A program made the position numbers and the translations under genes. This document shows positions 23,073 to 33,834 of a stretch of 64,000 nucleotides of DNA, one piece after another; within the stretch, counting starts at the first letter, position 1, and every line of letters begins with the position of its first letter. The notes beneath the pieces are model-generated. The model was not told where the DNA came from. It ran no database searches and saw only the letters and a list, made by a program, of their open reading frames with translations. Source of the stretch: Amphiscolops sp. MND2022 (lineage: Eukaryota); NCBI GenBank assembly GCA_964187785.1, contig OZ076420.1:30070001-30134000 (forward strand). Reading direction: 5' to 3'.

Positions 23073-26000
23073 CTAGTATCTGTATTCGTCAGTGAAGTTG
23101 GGGGTGGGGTTAGGACGAAGGTTATATTTTCCTCCCCTAGGACTTTTATTGTCTACTGACACATCATCATTTTCATCGTCTAATACTTCGGGCACGATAG
23201 TATCGCTCCCTCCTGATGATTCAGGATCATCATTTTGTTCAATTAAGCGATCTGAGCCTGTTTCTTGAGTCATATCAAAATCGTCATTTTCGTGTAGCCC
23301 GGGGGACTCAAGGTCCTCGGTGGTAAAATTGGTATCGGGGGCCCTGGCGCCCTTTTCATGATGAGGCCCGGTGGACGTAAGGTCCACGTCGGTGAAAATC
23401 TCGTCGTGCGTAGCGGTATCATTGTCACGGGTACTAGAATTGTCTAGGTCATCTTGGCACATAGGAATTGCATGTGTATCTGCAGAATTGGGAAATTCTC
23501 CAAAATTTGTTTCCCAGGTAATGACATATAAATCGTCTTGCGGTATAATAATTTCGTCGTCCGGGTGCAAATTGCCTTCCGGTTTGATGTCCTGTAAGAC
23601 GGTGTTCGGTTCATATTTGCGCAGCCTGATTCGGTGTAGGAGTTGCGTTTTGTTGGAATTTAGTTTTCTAACAATGTAATTTTCATTTGGCAAAACTTTT
23701 TCCACAATATAAGGTCCGATCCAACGATATTCACGGAATGGAATTTTCGATCCTTGGTGGTCAGCAGTAGGTTGCAATATAAAACAATAGTCATTCTGTT
23801 TCAAAGGAGCCGCTTTGGCCTTGCGGTCATAGTATTCTTTGTACTTCAAATATGACTGCATGATGTTTTTCTTCGTGGAATCTAGTAATATTTGCGTGCG
23901 TCGCTGAAATTCGTCTGCAAAATCCGTAGTCGGTAGGACTTTAGGGTTAGGATTAAGGCCCAATTTGTGATCCAATATGTTATATGGGATCCGTCCGTGG
24001 AAAATTCTAGATGGTTCACATCCCAGGGTGGCATGATAAGTCGTATTGTAGTTCAATACGGCTAGCGGCAGATATTTATGCCACTGTCGCCTGTAGTCCC
24101 CTGAAGCCATTTTAAGGTTCGTTTTGAGACTAGCATGTGTACGTTCTAATTTACCGATCGTCTGTGGGTGTTTTGTAGTTGCGCATTTTATTTGGATTCC
24201 TAAGATTTGAGCAATTTCAGCCACCAGCTTGGACGTGAAGGCCGTACCTTTGTCAGTAATCAAGGTAGTAGGCAGAAAAGTGTGTTTAGTCATTATGTCT
24301 ATGATGACTTTTGCCGTATTTGTGGCCGAAGCGTCCGTGACTGGATATGCAAAAAGATATCTTGAAAATACGTCCAGCGCGGTGATGATATTTTCGTATC
24401 CGCCACTTGGTGGTAAATTTGGTAACAGATCAATTTGCATTGCATCCTCTGGTCCAAGGTCCCATTCAGGCAAATTAAGGAGTTCAGGGGTGATAGAGGC
24501 ATTTGGAATCCTTTTGTCCTTGATACAAGTTTCACATCCCTGAACCCATCTTTTGACAATTTGCGCAATTCCAGGGTAGTAATATTTTTGTCGAATTTCA
24601 ATAAGCATTTTTGATATTCCTGGGTGTTTATTTGCTTTCCCGTGTAAAGATTCAAGTAGTTCTGTAATTAAATGCTTTGGTAAGAGTACTTGATTGTATT
24701 TAACAGATCCTGTTTCATCAAAATACTGCCTAGTGATAATTTCATCCATGACGGACAGCCGGTCCATTTGGCGACAGTAATGTTGGTATCAATTGTCTTG
24801 CATTAATATGGCCTCGGAGTAGTTTTCTTTCAGAATTTTAAGGCGCAATTGTTGTAGGATGACATCGTTGTTCTGTTCGATTGCTATAGTGTTTGTATAA
24901 GATAATTTTTGAATTGTTGTTAGTTTGTGATAATCGCTTTTGTGTGTAGTGAATTTTTCGAATGAGATATCTGGTAGTGGATTTGCTGGATCGTGTCTTG
25001 CGTCCCTTTTACGTTGTAGAATTTGTTCTTCCGTCTCGTTGTCATCCTCCGTGTAGAAAATTTGTTCCTCTTCCGACACTCCCGCCGATTGGACATGTAG
25101 TTCAATCGGTGTTGTTGGGATATCTTCTCTTATCCTGAGGATCAATTTTTCTTTTGGAGAGATTTCAAGCCGGGACAGATAGTCTGCGGCGGTGTTGTTT
25201 TTGCCTGGTATATGGGCAATTGTGAAATTAAACTGGATAACATAGTCACATGCGTTCCATAGTGTTGGTGGAATGATTTTTGTCTGAAAAAATCGTGTGA
25301 CTGATTTGTTGTCCGTAAGTATTATCACCGGTTTTGGGGTTCCCCAAATTATATGTCCAAATTCCTTGAAGGCGAAGAAAATGGCCAGGAATTCTTTTGC
25401 ATAGATGGACATTTTCAATTGGGTAGGACTAAAGGTCTTGGATCCATAAGCTACTGGTGCAAAGGCTTTCCTCGTAGATGTATATTTCTCGAGGGTATCG
25501 TCTTCGATGAGAACTGCGTACCCTGCGGCCGAAAAGCTAGCGTCGGTCATAAGGGCTATTTGCTTGTTCGGTAGGGGTTGTTTGAGTGCCAGTTCACAAC
25601 ATCGATCAAGAGCCTTATTTAGTTCGGTGAATTTCTCCAGGAGGTCCGGTGTGATCAGGACCTTTTTATCTTTCGTAAGCAATTTGAAAAACGGTGTTAG
25701 TTTTTCTGATAGCCTTGGGATGTAATTCCTGTAATAGTTCAGGAACAACCCCAAGTAACGCTGAAGTGCTTTCTTGGATTTTGGAAATTTCGTATTTTCC
25801 AGAAAAGTTTGGACCCGTGGTCGTTGCGGCTTTACTCCTGCCGGAGTGATAGTGCGACCCAGGAAATCAATTTCGGTTGCGCCAAAGTGACATTTATGCA
25901 TTGTAAGTTTCAGTCCGGCTTTTTGGATGCATTGGAATGTGGCTCTAAGGTTTTTGATAAGTTGTTCGGCATCATTAGCTGCTATTCCGATATCATCAAC

Positions 26001-28171
26001 ATATTGGGCACATTGGTCGGCTTTGATGACTTTGTCCAAATATTCGCGCATGAAGCTAGAAAAGGCCGATAGGGCTCTGCTAAGTCCTTGTGCTAGCCTT
26101 TTGTACGCAAAGGTTCTGCTGGCGAAGTTGAAGGCAAGCATTTCGATAGACCTTTGGCCAGCCATTTGTAAACAGTGGTAAGCTTGCGAGCAATCCAGTT
26201 TACAGAATAGCTTCTTTCCAGCCATATGTTGGGCTGCATCATTAAGTGTACTCACTGGATGATTGTTGTTAATGTAGTCATCCGAGATCAGGTTGTTAAT
26301 TTTGCGTAAATCGACTAGAAGTCTCAATTTGCCATTGGGTTTCTTTCGTGCGAAAATGGGACTGGCGTATTTGGAGAATGGTAGAGTTGTAATTATCCCA
26401 TAGCGGTGTAGTAGGGCCAATTCCACAAGGATGTCCTCCTTGAGATTGATGGGAGTTGGCAAACTCTGACTATAGGCTGGGGAGTCATCTTTCGGGGTTA
26501 ATTTGACCTTGAAGTCTTCGTTCATGCCTATGTCGAAGCGATGCCTAGCAAAGATATCATGAAATTCAACAAGCAGGTCCTCTATGCGGGCTATTTCAGC
26601 GGGTTGGAGCATAGAGTCAGTCCAATCAAAGTTGGATAAGAATTGGCGTCTCGACTCAGGGTCGTCCTGAGGATTAAGTTTTTCTAGTTCCTGAAGATTG
26701 ACGAGTTCTGATAAAATCCTTTTCTGGATAGGCGTATGATTCTGAGTATCTCCAGGGTTGTCTGGTGTTGGAAACCAATAGTTTTCCTTGAAGTCCTCAG
26801 GTTTGGTGGATTTGATCAAGCTACTTGCATAGTAAGCAGCGTTTTCAGGGTTGTCCTGCAACAGGTGCCATGTGGTTACCGGGTCGATAGGTTTGACATA
26901 TTTCATTTGTTCTGGCGTGAGAACAGTGAAATTAGCAACTTGTGTGCCCCTTTTGAGGGTGTAGGGGCTGTCCGTAAAATTGTTCAAATGAACTGAAACT
27001 TGACCATTGGTCAATGTGACTAGAGCGGCATAGAAAGCAATATCGCCGTCGTCCGTAAGGTTGTGGCTCGGTTGAAGGATCCCAGTAACTGTAGTGTTCT
27101 CGTACAGTTGTGTCGCCAGAAGGACCGAGTGTCGGTCATTAGGTGGGATGATTACATCCTCCCTAATGCAAATGGGTTCCATGACGTTTGTGTATTTGTG
27201 ATCGGCAGTTTTTAACTGCATTGAAAAGAATGGGAAATTCAGGACACCCTGTCGCATGTCCAGAATGGTGTTGTTCCTTTGAAGGAACGAAAGACCAATG
27301 AGTGGATCAGTGAGTTTTTCCATAACTATGAATATTTCGTGAAATTCAATATCGCCGACTTCAAACTTCAGTTCAACGGTGCTCTTTGGAGTCTCCAGCT
27401 GTCCATTAGCAACCATAATTTGGAAGCCAGGAGCCGGGCCCTCTTTGACAATCGACTGAGGGGCAAGTAATCGGATTTTACGTAGATCAGCTTCTGGGAT
27501 TGCGCTAGATAGGGCTCCCGTGTCTACAAGGCCGTCTAATGTTAGTTCGCCAAAATCCATCGGAAAATAGAGCATTCGTCTCTTGTATTTGAGGCCAAGA
27601 TTAGTTGTTAGCGGTACATAGTCTGGTTCACCTGTTCCTGTGATTAGGGTGTTCACAAAACGGGCAGCAACTGTTGTGGCCAGTGAGACCTGTGGTCCCG
27701 CACGGTGGAATTCATCGTCGGGCTCAGCCTGCATGACTTGAGATCTCTGAGGTGTGTCATGTTGCCATGGATCGACCTTGGCTTTCACAAGAACCATATT
27801 CAAGGTTCGGTCAATTTCATAAGAATCTGGTTCTCTGATGTGATTTGGTTGGTTGAAATTACGGTAGAAGTATAGATGATGTTGATTGTAGCAATTAGCG
27901 TCCCAATAGGGATCAAAACCATAGTCCGGGTCCGGGTAATATGGGTTATAGTCATCAACAAGAGGTATGAGACGTATAGTCGAAGTATCATGTTGTAGTC
28001 TGTTGGACATAGGGTCCGGAGAGGTAGGTGGAGTCTTCATCTGCTGCTGCCAGTCAGCTGATGATGTTTCTTTAAGAGAGGTATAATATTCAGTGTAATA
28101 TATGTTTGAAGGGTCTGATATTATGTATTGTCGGACACGAAGTTTTGTATTAAATTGGAGTCGTGGCAAAT
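23073..28171 (-). pseudogene. pol: Element A pol (protease-RT-RNase H-integrase), split by one nonsense codon
   Basis: Protease LVDTGA (27516-27524); RT QYVDD (25992-26003); RNase H TDAS/KEFL/TDNK/ADYLSR; integrase HHCC, D-D-E and WIGPY. A single in-frame TGA at 24789-24791 lies where element B has CGA. Confidence 0.95.
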
Positions 28172-29934
28172 CTAGTTTTTTGGGTTTTTCAGGATAGAGG
28201 TTGTTTGTTTGTTTTGGGCATCATTATTACTAGTGGACGGGTCGTCGGTTTTGAAGTCCTCTAGTTTAAGGTTTTTGGGCTTGAGGTGGGCTCCAGCGCC
28301 TTTCCAACATCGTTCGGCCGGGTGGTTCGTTTTGTCGCAAGTTGGACATTTTGGATATTCTTGGTATCCTGCCCGTCATTGCGTCGTTGTTCCTCCTTTC
28401 TTTTAAAATTTCGGCAGTCGTCTTTGACATGTCCCGGTTTCTTGCAATAGTTGCAGGTAATGTTAGGGTCGATGCCAGAAGAAAGAAGGCCAGTTCCCGG
28501 TCGTGTTGCTGTAGGGGCAGTGGACATTGTGGGTACTGGAATGTCGTCCCCCTCCTCGAGTCCATTGAGCTCTAGCTCTCGTTCTAAATGGGTGACAATT
28601 TCCTCATAAGTAGCGTTTTCAAGTCTAGCCATGTTGACTGAACGTTTCAAATTCGGCGGCAATTTGGCATATAGGAGGCTGTCAATCATTGCCTGGGCAT
28701 TCTCGCCAAACGCTTTTTCGGCTCCTTGGTTGAGTTCTTCAAGGAAGTCTGGCAATTTCATGGTATTTGGGTCAAACACCAATCTGTGCCATTTGTGTTT
28801 GGAGGTCGCCTGGGACTCTGGTTTGACATATTTTCGACGAAATACTGCCAGGATTTCCTCCAAGGTTTGCCTGTTTGCCGTATTAATGTTACGGAAAGTT
28901 TGTAGGGCATTCTTTCGTAACAATGAATGAAAATGATTGATTTTCATTGTTTCAGTCATATCCGGCTGCATTTTAATCATTGTATGAAAGAGATCTTCGA
29001 AAAGTTCAAATTTCTCAGATTTACCGTCAAAAGTCAGTGTGGTGGAACTGACAGGTCGTACCATTAGCGTTTGTGCTGATGGACGATTGTTCATGCCAAC
29101 CAATACTTCAGCCAGACGGTTAATGGGGTCAGAACCGGTAGTAGGTGCCGTAGTCTCAGAGACCTGGGGGATTGTATCCTGAGTCTCGTTATTGTTGGAA
29201 TGTTGACTTTGCAGTGGTTCACGGGATTGCATGGGACGTCCAGTGAGGAACTCAGGAACCATATGTGGGGTAGGGTTGGCTCCTGTCACCATGTCGCGAT
29301 TTTGTTCGCTGTTATATGAGTCTGTTGAACTCTCTCTAGACCTCAGTCTACTATTTTCCTGCGTAAAGCAGGTTTTGGGACGGTTTTCCCATAATTTCTG
29401 AGTATTTCCAACTTCGGCGTTCCGTTGTAGCCCACTGGACATTCGGTCCGTTACGGTGAAATCGGTCGGTCTTGGGCTCAGATGTGGCCCGTTGGACCCT
29501 CGGTCCACCATGGTGAAATCAAGTCTCCCCTGCGTTTCTAGCGTATTTTGAATAGCTGGAAGCACTGTATTTGTTATTGCAGCTGTGATAGCTTCCTGGA
29601 CTTGAGAGCTCAAGCTAGTTTTGACCTCATTGAGTTTTCTAGACATTTGATTTGAGATTTCCTCATTAATCAACCTAGTGGCCTCAATTGTAATTTCGCT
29701 GTTTTCCCTACTATTGGTATTAAGTAAAGATCTGAAATCTTCACCTATAACGTTTGAACTTTGTTGTGGTCTACTAGACCCTGAATCCAAATTCCCTTCG
29801 TTTTCGCTGATATTATTCTCCTCATCACATCTAGAGTAACTTCCAAGCATTATATCTACATTTTCTACGTCAGACATTATGTCCAATTGCCTAGAGCGTC
29901 TCTCTTTGGCTTTCTGTCTCCTTGTTGATGGCAT
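28172..29934 (-). CDS. gag: Element A gag (starts in the 5' LTR; two CCHC knuckles; 1 bp lesion near 28361-28376)
   Basis: ATG at 29934 (MPSTRRQKAK). Capsid-like region FDGKSEKFELFEDLF. Knuckle CNYCKKPGHVKDDC, plus a second knuckle CPTCDKTNHPAERC (28348-28307) in the -1 frame, ending at TAG 28172-28174. Confidence 0.9.
28175..28181 (-). promoter_or_regulatory. -1 ribosomal frameshift heptamer A-AAA-AAC at the gag/pol junction
   Basis: CCA AAA AAC TAG in the gag frame; a -1 shift gives AAA AAA CTA GAT TTG CCA, the pol frame. A_AAA_AAC is the established MMTV/HTLV gag-pro slippery site. Confidence 0.75.
29274..29291 (-). other. Primer-binding site TGGTGACAGGAGCC... of element A
   Basis: Immediately follows the LTR-terminal CA. 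Starts TGG (complement of tRNA CCA); the first 9 nt resemble tRNA-Leu-type PBSs. The primer tRNA is not confirmed. Confidence 0.75.
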
Positions 29935-30942
29935 TGAACAAGCTTTGGAGATTAATAATGAATAGACAAACGGTCTATTATTCCAATAAGTCTTGCAACG
30001 TAACAAATTGAATCAGCAGTGTATATAGTTGATAGTTTCACGAAATCAGAAAGAATCATCCTGGGGCCTACGGGTCCCCGCTATATATACTTCACATTGC
30101 ATGACCAGCAAAATTATGCTGGTCATGTTACTAATAATAGCTCCCGGGTTATGTTTTGATACATGACGTCAATATTACTACATCAAATTGCGGCTAAATA
30201 TAGCATCAGGGCAAAATGGAGGGATTGACCAATGGTCTGTAAGTGTGACATTAGTTCTAAAATAAGCACTTTTGCTACAAATAGTTGCATGTTTACTTTA
30301 ATATTTCATGTCTAACAAGTATCATAACAAACAAATCATCCATTATTACTGTACTAATAGACTTAAGGTCCGAGTGACTACATCAGCTTATTTAAATTGC
30401 AGCTCTAAAAGGTAATAACCGTCGCGGACTGACAGTACGCGCGGCTACAGTGAACATAATAGCATCAACTAATTGGCAGCTAATAACACCGCGGTAGACC
30501 TTCGGTCCACGTGGCTACAGCAATAGTATTAATAAGAGTGTACAGCACGCTGATTGGTTTATTTAAGTAAGGCCGGTACGTACACTGGTTGTCAGCAAGC
30601 GTTCATTTGAACACGTTTCCTAGTATTCAGCAAGCATTGCACGTATTACTTTACTTTCGATTGATTATATTACAAATTCATTCAATCATTCAAACAGGCA
30701 CAGGAGTCACCAATTAAGTATATCCCCGTAATGTAAAAATGAAAACTAAGATGTAGCCGTGTGGACCACAGGTCCGTCACGGTAAAAATATAAAATAGCA
30801 CTATTTGGATAATATTAAACATAGTTTTGAGTTATTTTACCGTAAGTCTTTCAAATTGGCAATACTCCGGGTGGGGGATTAGATTCTACATATTCTTGGG
30901 GAATTTGATAATAATTCCCGTCACAGGCGGCAGCCTGCGACA
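29292..30942 (-). repeat. Element A 5' LTR (1651 bp)
   Basis: Runs TGTCGCAGG...AATCGCGACA on the minus strand; flanked by the TSD and the PBS. Confidence 0.96.
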
Positions 30943-30946
30943 AAGA

Positions 30947-31204
30947 TGCTTCTCAGTTCATTGGCATCATACAAAGAATTTTCACATGTTCCCAATGAAA
31001 CTTTTTTCATTTCGAAACATGTTAGCAATTGCAACCAATTCAATTACTTTTTGCAAAAGTAACAAAAGTAAGTTACTTTTTGCATGTGTGAAATTGGTCC
31101 CCACTTTATCAGGGTTTTAACAATTCCTAACATGCTTCCAAAACAAAACCAGTTTCATTGAAAAACAATCAATTTTTGGCATGATGCCAATGATCTGAGA
31201 AGCA
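30947..31204. repeat. 258 bp MITE-like segment with 24 bp inverted repeats
   Basis: TGCTTCTCAGTTCATTGGCATCAT (30947-30970) versus ATGATGCCAATGATCTGAGAAGCA (31181-31204), 23/24 match. No TSD seen. Confidence 0.55.
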
Positions 31205-32055
31205 CAAACTTGCAGAGAAGAGGTTTCAAAGTGATCAAGAGCCCATGTATTTCTTCAACGCCATAACTGAGGCAGTGCAACGAAATTTTCCATGCGTCCC
31301 CCAGGATCCCAAGAAACTTTTGAAGCTAAAAAGTTTTTTCGTTTTCATCCGGACTTTCGAAGGCTCTTTTGTAACTTTTGAACATCAGTTTTATTATTCA
31401 GAAACAACATGGACAGTAATTGGTTTAAGCGCGTGCCCAACTGAATGGAAAATGTTTACTTCAGGACGAATAACGTTTTAGATGAGCTATTGTTCATTGT
31501 AATTGTGAGGACTGAGTATTCTTTAATTTTTAAAAAAAAACGCCAAGATATAAATTTTTGTCTGCAGGTCATCAGCTTTTGATGAGGTTTTACGATAATA
31601 TAAATGACATATCAAGCCCCAAGCTTTTTTCTTGCACTGTTTGAATTTCGGTACTTTTTTAATTCTCGTAAATTTTGGCAGCTCAATTTCATAAATGCCA
31701 ATATATTCGGTAAATCAAAGATGCGGGATACATTTTTGCCTTAAAAAGTCAAAACAAGTTTCAGGCTTAGGTTTTTTCAACAAAATCTCCGAAATATTAG
31801 ATGCTTTTCTAGTTTCAAGCCGAAAATCTCAATACTGAGGTTAGATACGTTGAGAAGAGAAGAGTTGCACTTGCGATGGCTTCATATTCCCGCTTAATTC
31901 CAACACTTTTTCGCAATTCAAAAAATCAAATCCCTGCCGGGTATTTTTAGAAGAGGTTTCCAAAATCATTTTCCAGTAGCAACCCTGCCGCCTATATCTG
32001 AAAAATGAAAAGAGTTGAAGCAACCGTGTTGTATTACAAAGGAAGTTAACGCACT

Positions 32056-33834
32056 TGTCGCAGGCTGCCGCCTGTGACGGAACGAGAATAACAACGACAA
32101 CAATTGGGCAACAAATCGCACCCGGAACTTTGCCCATCTATTGAGGTGAACCTTACACAGCAATCAGAAAAACTAGAGTTTTTTTGCGGTATTAAGGAAA
32201 CTTTCCAATTTTGATGTTGCTATTTTCATATATTATTATTGGATTCAAATATTTAGATTGGTCTGTTAACAAATTACGATTTGAGGTATCCAAATCAAGA
32301 AACCAAATCTATTCAAGCTGCAATGTATGTAAGTTGAATTGGAAAGAACTGTGATAAACTGGATGCAATTAATCAGCCGAAAGGAAACGTGTTCAAGTGC
32401 GGAAACGTCCTTTCTCGGCAGCGTTGGCTACAGTTCAGAAACTAGCCAATCAGAGTGTAGTATATATACTTTGTTGTTACGCAGGATATTTCATCATGCC
32501 AGTTACGACCCTTTGACCAATTAAGGCTGCAATTCTTGTGATGAAAGTCAAACGGCCTATTCATGCCAATTTTGGTCCTATTCATACAAATGCTTTACTT
32601 AACGAATAATGATGCGCCTTTAATGAGAAAGGATTTGATGGCTTCTTTCATACGTATTAGTAATTATATTCTGTTGCCCATTGATGCTAAACATACAGTG
32701 TACCGGCTCTTGGAACTATTCTGACAGAATTGTCAGGTTTGGAATTTTGCCAAAGTGCCCTTTCTGACCACCATGAATTTTCTTGGCATATAAAAGAACT
32801 GTCACGGTGCTAAATGAAATATTTCAATTAAATATTCAGCCTCCATGAGTAGGCACGTGCTTGCAAAGGAATGTTCACATTCCTGTAATTCTGACCGCAA
32901 GATGATTCTTTGATGTGTTGTTGACATTTATTATTGTTTTGATCTTCCGTCTATGGAAATATTTAGAATATCACGTGTAAAAAAACTCTCATTCCTTTAT
33001 CAGGCTGACATGGGATTCATGCCCTAGTCTGACGCTTTTAAAGATTCTGCTTTGAAGTATATATGATCTTTAGAACATGTGAAATTTGGAATGTTGACTT
33101 GATTAACCAATCATGTAAAAAATGTGAGTGTCATGCTGACGGGAGTATATATAGCTCCTACTTCCCCAAGCTGACACAGATTTAACAAACCTCATCAAGT
33201 TTAAACCTGTTCTGAACCTGTTTTGGGAATAATTTTCCCGATTAAAATATTTTATTATATAAAATAGGATTTTCTTGATGCCTACCACAAGGAAGCAAAA
33301 GAAAGCCAGAAAGTCTAGACAATCAGTTATGTTTTCTTATATTGAGAATCTTGATATAACGTTAGGAGGAATTAACTTAGAGAGAGAGAGAGGAAAACGA
33401 GTCTAGTAACGTTGGCAGAAGGCCTGATAATCCTAGTTACAAAAATTTGATGAACCAGAACACTAATTCTCACTCTGACTCACGCGAAGCTGAAATTAGA
33501 ACTTTTGCCTAAAATGGCCAAAATTTCAGGGACACTGATTGTAACAGCGAGTTTATTAGACTGTCAGGAGAAATGATGAGGTTTTTTAGGAGCACTGTAA
33601 GCTCCCAGATACAAAGGGCCATGAACGAAGCTATAAGTGATCAGATTTTGCCCTAAGTTCAAGCTACTTTAAGGTCCCGACAGGGACAGTGGCCTGAAAG
33701 AAGTTGGGAGATTCCAATTAGACGACAGGGGGACAGATCTGAAAAAGCCTTAAACCGAATATTCAGAAGCAATTCAAGAGATGAGTTGCCTGGGTTCCCA
33801 AATAACAACGAAGACCTAGTGAGCACTCACGACA
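32056..33834 (+). repeat. Element B 5' LTR (1779 bp)
   Basis: Runs TGTCGCAGGCTGCCGCCTGTGACGG...CACTCACGACA. Visibly diverged from the 3' LTR (roughly 10-15% by eye). Confidence 0.9.

Larger units (their letters stand above)
14907..30942 (-). mobile_element. Element A: full-length 16,036 bp Ty3/Gypsy LTR retrotransposon with extra sense and antisense genes
   Basis: Two 1651 bp TG...CA LTRs; 5 bp TSD AAGAT (14902-14906 and 30943-30947); PBS and PPT; gag; pol in PR-RT-RH-IN order. Confidence 0.97.

Noticed and set aside
23371-27470. Plus-strand ORFs opposite pol as further antisense genes
   Set aside because: Short, not conserved in element B, and expected as shadows of a long coding strand.
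28261-28360. Gag C-terminus NIQNVQLATK...KTLN and alternative ORF 28266-28565
   Set aside because: Out-of-frame products; the conserved second CCHC knuckle is in the third frame, as element B confirms.
29935-30006. ORF-track start of gag at 30006 (and 15621 in the other LTR)
   Set aside because: It is a TTG. Homology among LTR copies begins at the ATG of MPSTRRQK (29934 and 15549).
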